32,000 bases of DNA from Microcystis aeruginosa NIES-843 (GCF_000010625.1 NC_010296.1:2340001-2372000); one strand, 5' to 3'. Numbered from the stretch's first letter, positions 1 through 8,289 are shown. Program-made: numbers and translations. The notes: generated by a model from the letters alone, not told the origin.

Positions 1-96
1 TTTATCCTTTAATTTCCCCCTATCTTAACTAATTTTTACCCAGAAAACTTTCATATTTCTCTCATGATCCTCTCATTTATCTATCATTTCTCTAAC

Positions 97-250
97 CTAA
101 GTAGGTAGGCGTTAAAAGTTGTCAGATGCCCCCCTTATCAAGGGGGGATTAAAGGGGGGACTAAGGGGGGATCGGCACCCCCCTTATCAACGGGGGCAGG
201 GGGGATCGAACCTAAAATCCATTTTTAATTTAATTATAACCAGCTACTTA
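97..250. repeat. MITE-like element, full copy, with terminal inverted repeats CTAAGTAG...CTACTTA and internal C6-N7-G6 hairpins
   Basis: The left half recurs inverted at 14104-14206 and the right half recurs inverted at 8348-8417. The 73-aa track ORF 119-340 is this repeat translated (PLIKGGLKGG...). Confidence 0.7.
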
Positions 251-669
251 ATTAGTGAGAGGATCGAATTGAAAACGTTTAAAACCACATTACTGGTTTC
301 TAACCGATCGCCTGCACCTGATGGATCGCTTCTGGGGTAAAACCGATAATATACTCAGCTTCTAGGACTTTTTCAGCCGCTACTGCGATTTTATCGGGAA
401 ATTCAGCCGTAGGAGTCCGAGTAACCAATGCTACTGTTTCATAAATTCCCCCGAATTTTTTCCAGGACAAAGTTGAGGAAGATACCTTTTCCCATCATCG
501 ATCATCCCGTCTGCTTTTAAGGTGGCGAACGCTACCATATAGGAAAAGTGCCAAGTAAAAAATTATGATAATTTCGAGAATTACCGGAGAATGAGGTGGG
601 AGAGAACGGTGATAAAATTAGCTAATTGACTCCCCTAACTTAAGCACTCAATAACCGCTCACTGAAAAT

Positions 670-1623
670 ATGGCTGATTTTTTTAACACCTATGGTTTTT
701 TAATTGTTTCAATGATATTTGGAGCCATATTAGGCATTTCAATTTATCTGCCCTTAATGGCCGGTCAATTATCCTTAGCAACCCCCGGTTTTTACGCTTT
801 AGGTGGTTATGTTGCCGCCATTCTTTCCACGAAAGTTTTTACTAATACTGGTAGCAATTATCCCCTTAATTTGGTCTTTTTAGAAATGTTAATTGCTGGC
901 ATTATTGCAGGAATATTAGCCATAGTTTTAGGTATTCCTGTTCTCCGTTTGCGAGGGATTTATTTAGCTATTGCCACAATCGCCTGGGTAGAAATTTTGA
1001 GAATTATTGCCCTTAATCTCGAGATAACTGGCGGTGCGGTCGGTATTTTCGCCATTCCCCAACCTTTCACCACTCAATTAGCCTACCTTTGGCTGGCCTT
1101 GCCCCTCTTATTCCTAACTATGCTGTTTCTCTACCGGTTAGAAAACATCAAAATTGGTCGGGCATTTAATGCCATTCGTGCCGATGAATTGGCAGCTGCA
1201 TCTATGGGAATTAATCCCACCTATCACAAAGTTTTATCCTTCACTTTCGGGGCAGTTTTAGCGGCAGTGGTGGGAGCGGTAAGCGCCCATTTTCTCAATA
1301 CTTGGAATTCCCGTCAGGGAACTTTTGATGCCAGTATTATTTTCCTGGCTTTCGTTTTAATTGGTGGTTCAAGAACTTTTGTCGGGCCCGTGGTGGGCGG
1401 CATTGTTTTAACTGCTTTGCCCGAAGTTTTACGCGCCCTCGGCGGCATGAATGGTTTACCAATTTGGTTAGGGAATTTCTTGCGCGATGGTCGTTTGATT
1501 ATTTTTGGAATTTTAATCGTTTTGGGAACAATTTTTTATCCCCAAGGCTTAATTACACCTGAATTAATCAAAAAACTAATTCCTTTTAAAAGACGTTCCT
1601 CTCTTAGTCAATTTGATTCCTAG
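670..1623 (+). CDS. Branched-chain amino acid ABC transporter permease (LivM/NatC-like family)
   Basis: 317-aa polytopic membrane protein. The N-terminal 'LPLMAGQLSLATPGFYALGGYVAA' and the 'GGSRTFVGPVVGG' motif are typical of LivM-type permeases. Confidence 0.85.
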   Translation: MADFFNTYGFLIVSMIFGAILGISIYLPLMAGQLSLATPGFYALGGYVAAILSTKVFTNTGSNYPLNLVFLEMLIAGIIAGILAIVLGIPVLRLRGIYLAIATIAWVEILRIIALNLEITGGAVGIFAIPQPFTTQLAYLWLALPLLFLTMLFLYRLENIKIGRAFNAIRADELAAASMGINPTYHKVLSFTFGAVLAAVVGAVSAHFLNTWNSRQGTFDASIIFLAFVLIGGSRTFVGPVVGGIVLTALPEVLRALGGMNGLPIWLGNFLRDGRLIIFGILIVLGTIFYPQGLITPELIKKLIPFKRRSSLSQFDS

Positions 1624-1714
1624 TCATGGATCAATGTTGTCGATTGGATTCCTTTTTAATTAATGATATAATAGGATAGTTTATCCCCCTTTATATTCTC
1701 AGTCATCTCCGAGA

Positions 1715-2626
1715 ATGACCCGCCAAATTCACGACCAATTTGCCAAGGAATATTTAGAGGAACTGTTAGCGCCTCTAGGAACCATAAAAAAGAGTAAGAA
1801 AGTGAAAAGTGAGGTTCAAGAAATAGATGTCTGGTTTGAACCGGCCAGTTCACCATTAAGGACCGAACTCCCTTTAGGTTTACTCGGAAAAATGGCGGCG
1901 ACTTCCTGTTTGTTTGAACCTTTCCGTAACCCGCCCTCAGAAATAGAGATTCGCAGTTGTATATCAAAGTTATATACTGTTCATAATGACCTGTTAAGAA
2001 AGGCGAAACGGGCAAACAAAACTCTGACGGTCGCAGAATTGCCAGTTTTATGGATTCTCACCCCCACCTTTTCAGCTAGAATGATTCAAGGATTCAGGGC
2101 TGACAGCGATGAGAGGAATTGGTTAAAAGGGGTTTACTTTTTAGCTGACTTCCTCAAAGTGGCAATCGTTGCCATCCACCAGTTACCAGTGAGTGAAGAC
2201 ACTTTATGGTTGAGGGTTTTAGGAAAAGGAGAAACACAAAAAAGAGCCGTAGAAGAGTTAGTTCAATTGCCAGAAGATAACTCTTTTAAAGAAAATTTGT
2301 TAGAAATTCTAGCCAACTGGCGTAAGAATTTGGAATTGAGAGATAATTTAAGTAGCGAGGAACAGGAGGACATCATGAACCTATCACCAGCCTATCTAAA
2401 ACAGCGAGAAGATTGGAAAATAGAAGGAAAACAGGAAGGCACTTTAGAGGGACAACTCTCGCTGATAGCTAGTCTTCTGGAAGGGCGGTTTGGAACCCTA
2501 GATTCGGAATTGTCTGGTCTAGTTGAACAGATTGCCCAACTTCCCATCTCAGAACGCACCGGGTTACTTCTTTCTTTAGTGAATTTATCCCGCTCTGAAC
2601 TGTTAGAAAGATTGAGAAAAGATTAA
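1715..2626 (+). CDS. DUF4351-type protein (Rpn/PD-(D/E)XK putative-transposase-like N-terminus)
   Basis: The N-terminus 'MTRQIHDQFAKEYLEELL' and the C-terminal 'LSLIASLLEGRFGTLDSELSGLVEQIAQLPISE...' match the pattern of the multi-copy cyanobacterial DUF4351 family. Confidence 0.7.
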   Translation: MTRQIHDQFAKEYLEELLAPLGTIKKSKKVKSEVQEIDVWFEPASSPLRTELPLGLLGKMAATSCLFEPFRNPPSEIEIRSCISKLYTVHNDLLRKAKRANKTLTVAELPVLWILTPTFSARMIQGFRADSDERNWLKGVYFLADFLKVAIVAIHQLPVSEDTLWLRVLGKGETQKRAVEELVQLPEDNSFKENLLEILANWRKNLELRDNLSSEEQEDIMNLSPAYLKQREDWKIEGKQEGTLEGQLSLIASLLEGRFGTLDSELSGLVEQIAQLPISERTGLLLSLVNLSRSELLERLRKD

Positions 2627-2828
2627 AGTTTTAGTCCGCTCAAGCCATGAATTTTCATGCCAAAATCCTGATGGTAGTTTGTCTGCTGAGTTACTGTCAT
2701 GGTCAAATCTAGCATTCCCTCAGACGCTCTAGCCGTGGGTTGGATTGAGCTATCATTATTGAGCAGGTATTACCAATCGGCTCAAAAGGCGAAACCCAAC
2801 CAAGATTGTGAAAATATTCCGGGAAGTT

Positions 2829-2854
2829 GTTGGGTTTCCTTGGGTCAACCCAAC
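2829..2854. repeat. GTTGGGTT-N10-AACCCAAC hairpin repeat (widespread cyanobacterial intergenic hairpin type)
   Basis: 8-bp perfect stem at 2829-2836 / 2847-2854. Related GGGTTGG/AACCCAACC motifs lie at 2737-2743 and 2793-2802. Confidence 0.45.
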
Positions 2855-3141
2855 CTACGAGTTTTACTCTAAACTTGGTCTGACTGAATCAAGGGGGCAT
2901 TTATGGTATTTTTAGAAGCAATTTAGCCAACTTTTGTGGTTTCTTTTTTGGTGGATTTAGAGGACTTCAGTTTGCGTTTGAAGAAAATACCATACAAGAT
3001 CATGTGATCGCACTAAGGGAAAATTTTATAAATTTCTTGGCGATGAGCAACTCGTTGATAGATAATGGTTTGATGATTTGACCTCTCCCCCAACCCCTCT
3101 GGGAGCAGGAAAGGGGAGTTAGTCTGGATTCATTGGTAGCC

Positions 3142-3516
3142 TTATTCGTCTTCGTTTCTTAAAGGTATAATTCCTTTAAGAATCTTTCCTCTAATAATCA
3201 AATAGGCAGGAAAACAATACACCCAAAGGAGCAATACAAACAAAAAAACTGACCATGAATTACCAAATGATGGTACGAATGATCCTGTAATTTTATACTT
3301 ATGAATTTCTATTCTATGGGAATCACTTGCTGCCCAAAGTGCTGTCCAGAAGACAATTCCACGCATTATAGGACCTCCTGTAATCGCTCCAAGACCAATG
3401 CCAACAACCAAAATCAACAATGTTAGTAAAAGTGAATTTCTCCAACCCATAATGAATATTAATCTTTTTAGTAGTGTTTCTATCGAATCGAGATAGACTC
3501 GCGCATCCTTGCCCAT
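3142..3516 (-). CDS. Hypothetical small membrane protein (start uncertain: 3516, 3450 or 3615)
   Basis: Long ORF with 2-3 hydrophobic helices (LLLTLLILVVGIGLGAI, VFLFVLLLWVYCFPAYLII). No recognisable family and no clear SD. Confidence 0.4.
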   Translation of the reverse strand: MGKDARVYLDSIETLLKRLIFIMGWRNSLLLTLLILVVGIGLGAITGGPIMRGIVFWTALWAASDSHRIEIHKYKITGSFVPSFGNSWSVFLFVLLLWVYCFPAYLIIRGKILKGIIPLRNEDE

Positions 3517-3847
3517 GCCATTGTTGAAATTGCGGGTATTGCGATCGCTTCTTCGCAGCCAAGTTAAGCAACACCCCAACCCAACACCAAAGGGAGATAG
3601 CAGAAGAATACACACTCCCCCCCCATAACTGTATCAAAAGCTACAATTTAATAAATCTTTATATTCTTCTCCCTAGCTTAGGGATTCACAGGGGAAAGAG
3701 TTTCAGGTATTTTCCCCTGTTTTACTGCTTCTCAAGCGACCTATCGCCTTCCGTGAGGGATTGTGGCGCGGTGTGTCAGATTCGATAATAGGGTTCAAAA
3801 TTTCGCTAACCGCTACTTGAGCCATAGCGTTTTCCCTTAAGCAGAAT

Positions 3848-4108
3848 TCACGCCGCCTCCAGTTCATAATGCAATACCAGAAGCTCATCGCCTGGCAGAA
3901 TAGCCATCGCATATTCCCTCCCCTGACTGTCAGAAAATTCCACTAAATATTGATAGCGCGAACCTTTTTCATACACCTCAACCACCGTTCCCACCTGTCC
4001 GCTTGGCAAGCTGGGGACAGCTTCATAATCTGGCTCAACTAAAGTCAATCGCTCCCGAGGGACGGAGTTGAGGATGGCAACCGTATCTAAAAGTTTGATG
4101 TCTTTCAT
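3848..4108 (-). CDS. DUF4926 domain protein (antitoxin/immunity-like small protein)
   Basis: 86 aa. 'LLDTVAIL..VP..GQVGTVVEVYEKG..YLVEFSDSQGREYAMAIL..DELLVLH' is the characteristic DUF4926 pattern. It starts 6 nt downstream of the DUF6883 gene. Confidence 0.8.
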   Translation of the reverse strand: MKDIKLLDTVAILNSVPRERLTLVEPDYEAVPSLPSGQVGTVVEVYEKGSRYQYLVEFSDSQGREYAMAILPGDELLVLHYELEAA

Positions 4109-4114
4109 GGTACT

Positions 4115-4453
4115 TCACTTGATAAAGGCAGAAATTAGGCGAGGGTTGGGATTAATTAAGCTGATTTCCCAGATAGTTCGCAGTTGTGTTTCTTCCCGTT
4201 CTGGTATCGTCCAATCCACTCTAAACTGCTGGCCGAATTCCGTGACCGCTTGTTGCACAACTTCCCCCTCCAGGGCAGCCTGTGAGATGAGCGATCGCAA
4301 AACCTCAGCGTTCTCGGCAGTTATTCCCAGACGAGAGCGAAAGACTCTGGCTTGATTTTTTCCTCTGGAATGTTCTGGATTTAAGCAATAGCCAATCAGT
4401 TTTTCCATCGAGATTTCTGCCAGTTCCCCGTTGGGTAATTTCATCTGCGGCAC
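4115..4453 (-). CDS. DUF6883 domain protein (partner of DUF4926)
   Basis: 112 aa. The 'KLIGYCLNPEHSRGKNQARVFRSRLGIT' motif is typical of DUF6883. It is co-directional and nearly contiguous with the DUF4926 gene. Confidence 0.65.
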   Translation of the reverse strand: MPQMKLPNGELAEISMEKLIGYCLNPEHSRGKNQARVFRSRLGITAENAEVLRSLISQAALEGEVVQQAVTEFGQQFRVDWTIPEREETQLRTIWEISLINPNPRLISAFIK

Positions 4454-4473
4454 TCCGAACTTTCTGACTTCCC

Positions 4474-4758
4474 TCAGAGCAACTCGATTCGCAATTGGCG
4501 GCCCACCACAGAAGCCGCCCGTTGGATAGTATCGAGAGAAACGCCCGTCTTTTCCGGGTCGAGGAGGCGGTCAAGTTGCGCTCGACTGGTCTGCATCCGC
4601 GCCGCCATCTCCGTTTTCGTCAGAGAGATCCGTTTCATCTCCTCAGCCAACTGCCGCGCCAGTAACCGTTTGAGTGCCACCGCACTACAGTCCTCCTCAA
4701 GACCTTCTTCTTTGAGAAAAGCATCGAAATCGGAGCCAGTATGGGGGTTAGCGGTCAT
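4474..4758 (-). CDS. XRE-family helix-turn-helix antitoxin (partner of Gp49/RelE-like toxin)
   Basis: 94 aa with the HTH segment 'ISLTKTEMAARMQTSRAQLDRLLDPEKTGVSLDTIQRAA'. Its ATG overlaps the reconstructed stop of the upstream toxin pseudogene. Confidence 0.8.
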   Translation of the reverse strand: MTANPHTGSDFDAFLKEEGLEEDCSAVALKRLLARQLAEEMKRISLTKTEMAARMQTSRAQLDRLLDPEKTGVSLDTIQRAASVVGRQLRIELL

Positions 4759-4780
4759 ATTTTTGCTGTTCCTTCTTGCG

Positions 4781-4814
4781 CTAGTAGGGGCGAACGGCCG
4801 TTCGCCCCTACTAG
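4781..4814. repeat. 34-bp perfect palindrome CTAGTAGGGGCGAACGGCCGTTCGCCCCTACTAG
   Basis: Read directly as a perfect inverted repeat. It lies inside the toxin pseudogene 3' region. Confidence 0.9.
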
Positions 4815-4916
4815 ATTTCCCGTTTTGGGGTTTTTGGGACTTCGCCGATGTTGCCGTGCGGCAGAATCATCTCCCCTCGGCTGATGTAAAAGATGACCCG
4901 CGTGATGCGTCTGCCC

Positions 4917-4944
4917 GTAGGGGCAATTCATGAATTGCCCCTAC
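4917..4944. repeat. 28-bp perfect palindrome GTAGGGGCAATTCATGAATTGCCCCTAC
   Basis: Read directly. It has the same architecture as 8417-8444 (GTAGGG..ATTCATGAAT..CCCTAC) and interrupts the toxin reading frame. Confidence 0.9.
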
Positions 4945-5159
4945 TCCGCACCTCCCATAAGTCTTGATAACCGGAAAGTGAACGGCACAGGGGCAGCCGA
5001 TGGGAAAGCTAAACTCTACGTCCTTGATATCGCTGCCAATAATCCGGCAATCTTCACGGCCGAGGGTTTTCCACCAATCTTTGACTGGCTCCGACCCACC
5101 TTCGGCTCGAAAAAACTTGGCTGGCAGCCTTTTCAATCCTTACCTTCTCAGTTATCGAA

Positions 5160-5517
5160 AATTTGGGTTAAAACCCCGTCCTTTTAGGACGGCTTTAAGC
5201 TACAATGGAAAAAGCGATAACCAAGCTAAAAACTGAACCTTGACCACAGATAGTAGGGGGTTTTGTTCAGAAAAGAATTCAAATTCGGCCTTGAACGAGT
5301 AAAACTTTCTAGGAAATAAGGTTGAACATGAGATTTTTTCGACTTGTTCAAAGTGGCCGTCCGGCATTCGGACACTCAAAACGGACGGGTCGAAAGAGTC
5401 AGACTTAAGCAATTAAGCGTTTTTCGCTATCTGCGTCAACCCCGTTGACGCGACCACCCTAAAAAAGTGGCGTGGTGAGGAATCGCCGTCCGTTTTACGG
5501 CGGCGAGGATGTCAAAT
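5160..5517 (+). mobile_element. Internally deleted IS200/IS605-family (TnpB) relic retaining both ends
   Basis: The left end 'AAAATTTGGGTTAAAACCCCGTCC' resembles the left end of the second relic (12.2 kb). There are a few degenerate TnpB N-terminal codons (ATGGAAAAAGCG...). The right end GGAATCGCCGTCCGTTTTACGGCGGCGAGGATGTCAAAT (5479-5517) matches 11824-11861 on the minus strand. Confidence 0.55.
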
Positions 5518-5648
5518 GGTACATCAATCGGATTAACGAGATCGTCAACGGTCGCCCAGAAATCACTGGGAGTACCGCCCTTCGATTGGCGAAATATTGG
5601 CAAGTTTCCCCATATTTCCGGCTGAACCTGCAAATTCGTTACGATCAT
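5517..5648 (+). pseudogene. HigA-type HTH antitoxin fragment (N-terminus lost to the IS relic, C-terminus replaced by tandem repeats)
   Basis: 'INRINEIVNGRPEITGSTALRLAKYWQVSPYFRLNLQIRYD' matches the conserved HigA core (RINEIVNG...TALRLAKYFGTS..FWLNLQ..YD). There is an in-frame stop just upstream at 5460. Confidence 0.65.
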
Positions 5649-5729
5649 CTCCCCCCGCAAGGCGCACGAAGTGGTCTCCCCCCGCAACGCGCACGAAGTG
5701 GTCTCCCCCCGCAACGCGCACGAAGTGGT
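5649..5729. repeat. 27-bp tandem repeat x3 (CTCCCCCCGCAA[G/C]GCGCACGAAGTGGT)
   Basis: Three contiguous units at 5649-5675, 5676-5702 and 5703-5729. It is followed by TTCATAA heptamers at 5754-5781 and CCCACTCC motifs. Confidence 0.9.
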
Positions 5730-5901
5730 CTCCCCACTCCCCCATCACCCCACTTCATAATTCATAATTCATAATTCATCATTCCCACTCCCCACTCCTG
5801 TCCCCTAACCCACCCTACTGATACGGATATCCCCCTTCCGGCTAATGTAAAGAAAACGTTACAGTAACAAGTAAAGCCCAGTAGCCAGGAAGCCGTCGAT
5901 C

Positions 5902-8289
5902 ATGTTTGAATACTTTAACCAGAAAGCTATCAAAGCGGTGATGTTCGCCCAAGAGGAAGCCCGTCGTACCGGTCACAGTGTCGTCGGTACGGAGCATTTA
6001 CTGTTAGGATTGATAGGAGAAGCCACCGCCACCGCAGCCTTAATTCTCAAGGATTTAAAAGTTACCCTGCACGAAAGTCGCCGCCTGATTGAAGGAATGA
6101 CCGGCCGCGGCACCGGTTACAGTCCCGTTAATATCCCTTTTACCCCGAAAGCGAAAAAGATGTTCGAGCAAGCATTTCAGGAAGCTCGACAATTAGGGGA
6201 AAATGCGATCGCAACTGAACATCTATTACTCGCTATCACCAGCGATCCCGAATCCCTAGCCGCTAAAATTTTAATTATGCAGGGTGTTGATTTGATCAAA
6301 CTTCGCGGCCTTTTAATTAAAAATGCCGGGGAAAAAGTCGCTAGTGGTCGCTTCACGGCCAAGAGTGACTATGAAGACCAGAAAAATGCTCCCCAAGGCG
6401 GGATTTTAGCCCAATATGGTCGCAATTTAAACCAAGAGGTCAAAAATGGCAAAATTGACCCTGTAATCGGTAGAGAGCCAGAAATCGAGCGAGTTGTCCA
6501 AATTTTAGGCCGTCGTACCAAAAGTAACCCGATTTTACTGGGTGAGCCGGGGGTGGGCAAAACAGCGATCGCTGAAGGGTTAGCACAACGCATCCATAAT
6601 GGCGATATTCCCGAACTTTTGCAGGATAAACAGGTAATTGCCCTCGATATGGGGTCTTTACTGGCGGGAACCCGTTTTCGCGGCGATTTTGAGGAACGTT
6701 TAAAGGGTATCGTGGAGGAAGTTCGCAAATCGGGCAATATTATCCTGTTTATCGATGAAATTCACACTCTTGTGGGTGCTGGTAGCATGGGAGGAGCCAT
6801 GGATGCTTCTAACTTGCTTAAACCTGCTTTAGCTCGCGGGGAGTTACAGTGTTTAGGGGCAACAACTCTCGATGAGTATAAACGGCATATTGAGCGAGAT
6901 GCGGCTCTAGAAAGACGTTTTCAGCCAGTTATGGTGGGAGAACCAACTAAAGAGCAGGCGATCGAGATTTTACGCGGTTTAAAAGCCACCTACGAGGATT
7001 TCCATCAGGTAAAATACGATCAAAAAGCGATCGAAGCTGCCGTTAATCTATCCTCGCGCTATATCAATGATCGCTTTTTACCGGACAAAGCGATCGATCT
7101 TCTCGATGAAGCGGGATCCCGCACCCATCTACGCTATTCCCTGCAAAGTACAAGTCCTGCGGAGGTTAGGGAAGAATCACCCCTAATTAACCCCGAATCT
7201 TTAATTCCAGTGGTGGATGCGGAGGAAATCGCCCAAATTGTCGCCGCTTGGACAGGTATTCCCGTTACCCAATTAACTGAAACTGAGTCGGAATCGCTCT
7301 TAAATCTGGAATGTCAACTGCACGAGCGGATTATTGGCCAACAGGAGGCAGTGAATGCCGTTTCTCGTGCTATTCGTCGAGCGCGAGTAAATTTAAAGAA
7401 TCCTAACCGTCCGATTGCCTCGTTTATTTTTGCCGGTCCCACGGGAGTCGGTAAAACTGAATTAACGAAAGCCTTAGCTAAGTTGCTCTTTGGCTCGGAA
7501 TCCAGTATGATTCGCCTAGATATGTCGGAATTTATGGAATCCCACACGGTTTCTAAATTAATTGGTGCGCCTCCCGGATACATCGGTTACAATGAAGGCG
7601 GTCAGTTAACGGAAGCAGTGCGTCGTCAACCCTATAGAGTGGTCTTGTTTGACGAAATCGAGAAAGCACATCCCGATGTTTTTAATCTTCTCCTGCAACT
7701 GTTAGAAGATGGTCATTTGACCGATTCCCAAGGTCGTCGGGTGGACTTTAAGAATACCCTAATTATCATGACCTCGAATATTGGCTCAAAAGTCATCGAA
7801 AAAGGCGGTAATAGCTTAGGATTCGAGATTGCTGACGATTTTGCTCAATCGCGCTACCAACAGATTTCTAATCGGGTGACAGAGGAGTTAAAACAATATT
7901 TCCGTCCCGAATTTCTCAACCGTCTCGATGAAATCATTGTTTTCCGACAGTTAACTCGCGAAGAAGTTACCCAGATTGCCGATATTCTGATCGCGGATCT
8001 AGCCAAACAATTGACAGAAAAAGGCATTTCTGTGGAAGTTACCGCCGCTTTTAAGGATTTGGTCATCAATGAGGGTTATGATCCTAGCTACGGTGCGCGG
8101 CCTTTACGTCGTGCTTTAACTCGACGCTTAGAGGATAGTTTAGCGGTCGCGATGTTATCGGGAAAAGTCAATTCTGGAGACCATGCGATATTAGATGTAA
8201 CTGCTGAAGCTGTGGTGACAGTCTCTAGTCATCAGCGCTCTGAGCAAAGCGATATTCTCTCGCAATTACAGTTACAACCAGTGGGTTAA
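5902..8289 (+). CDS. ClpC-like class I AAA+ Clp/Hsp100 ATPase lacking the UVR/middle domain
   Basis: 795 aa with two Clp_N repeats. Walker A/B 1 are [13 protein letters not shown] / ILFIDEIH. Walker A/B 2 are [13 protein letters not shown] / [12 protein letters not shown] ClpP-docking-type 'LGF' loop is present (GGNSLGFEI). About 25 aa separate 'DEAGSRTHL' from '[12 protein letters not shown]', where canonical ClpC has a ~65-aa UVR coiled coil. Confidence 0.9.
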   Translation: MFEYFNQKAIKAVMFAQEEARRTGHSVVGTEHLLLGLIGEATATAALILKDLKVTLHESRRLIEGMTGRGTGYSPVNIPFTPKAKKMFEQAFQEARQLGENAIATEHLLLAITSDPESLAAKILIMQGVDLIKLRGLLIKNAGEKVASGRFTAKSDYEDQKNAPQGGILAQYGRNLNQEVKNGKIDPVIGREPEIERVVQILGRRTKSNPILLGEPGVGKTAIAEGLAQRIHNGDIPELLQDKQVIALDMGSLLAGTRFRGDFEERLKGIVEEVRKSGNIILFIDEIHTLVGAGSMGGAMDASNLLKPALARGELQCLGATTLDEYKRHIERDAALERRFQPVMVGEPTKEQAIEILRGLKATYEDFHQVKYDQKAIEAAVNLSSRYINDRFLPDKAIDLLDEAGSRTHLRYSLQSTSPAEVREESPLINPESLIPVVDAEEIAQIVAAWTGIPVTQLTETESESLLNLECQLHERIIGQQEAVNAVSRAIRRARVNLKNPNRPIASFIFAGPTGVGKTELTKALAKLLFGSESSMIRLDMSEFMESHTVSKLIGAPPGYIGYNEGGQLTEAVRRQPYRVVLFDEIEKAHPDVFNLLLQLLEDGHLTDSQGRRVDFKNTLIIMTSNIGSKVIEKGGNSLGFEIADDFAQSRYQQISNRVTEELKQYFRPEFLNRLDEIIVFRQLTREEVTQIADILIADLAKQLTEKGISVEVTAAFKDLVINEGYDPSYGARPLRRALTRRLEDSLAVAMLSGKVNSGDHAILDVTAEAVVTVSSHQRSEQSDILSQLQLQPVG

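Larger units (their letters stand above)
4748..5136 (-). pseudogene. Gp49-like (DUF891) RelE/ParE-superfamily toxin gene, inactivated
   Basis: The N-terminus 'MKRLPAKFFRAEGGSEPVKDWWKTLGREDCRIIGSDIKDVEFSFPIG' is intact. A 1-nt deletion near 4995 shifts frame: 'PLCRSLSGYQDLWEVRS' and 'GRRITRVIFYISRGEMILPHG...KTPKREI' read in another frame. Palindromes at 4917-4944 and 4781-4814 introduce TGA and TAG stops. Confidence 0.75.

Noticed and set aside
119-340. 73-aa ORF (MSDAPLIKGGLKGGLRGD...)
   Set aside because: It is entirely encoded by the G6/C6 hairpin MITE. The low-complexity translation is a repeat artefact.
318-540. Possible minus-strand small gene upstream of the permease (MVAFATLKADGMIDDGK... 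/ ...ETVALVTRTPTAEFPDKIAVAAEKVLEAEYIIGFTPEAIHQVQAIG*)
   Set aside because: It reads only as two pieces in different frames, and I cannot assign either to a family. It may be a frameshifted relic but is not supportable as a feature.
1656-2015. 119-aa minus-strand ORF
   Set aside because: It is antisense to the 5' part of the well-supported DUF4351 gene and has no motif of its own.
3323-3912. ORFs 3323-3637 (-) and 3703-3912 (-)
   Set aside because: They are an overlapping alternative frame of the membrane ORF and a low-complexity read-through downstream of the DUF4926 gene. Neither has supporting features.
4068-4933. Plus-strand ORFs 4068-4355 and 4670-4933, and minus-strand ORF 4305-4574
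   Set aside because: They are antisense or alternative frames of the recognisable DUF6883, XRE and toxin genes.
5200-5748. ORFs 5200-5412 (-), 5436-5714 (-) and 5563-5748 (-)
   Set aside because: They lie on the opposite strand of the TnpB relic, higA fragment and 27-bp repeats. Their repetitive translations (RGETTSCAL x3) simply reflect the tandem repeat.
6177-8069. Four minus-strand ORFs inside the ClpC-like gene
   Set aside because: They are antisense to a strongly supported 795-aa AAA+ gene. Long antisense ORFs of this kind are common by chance.
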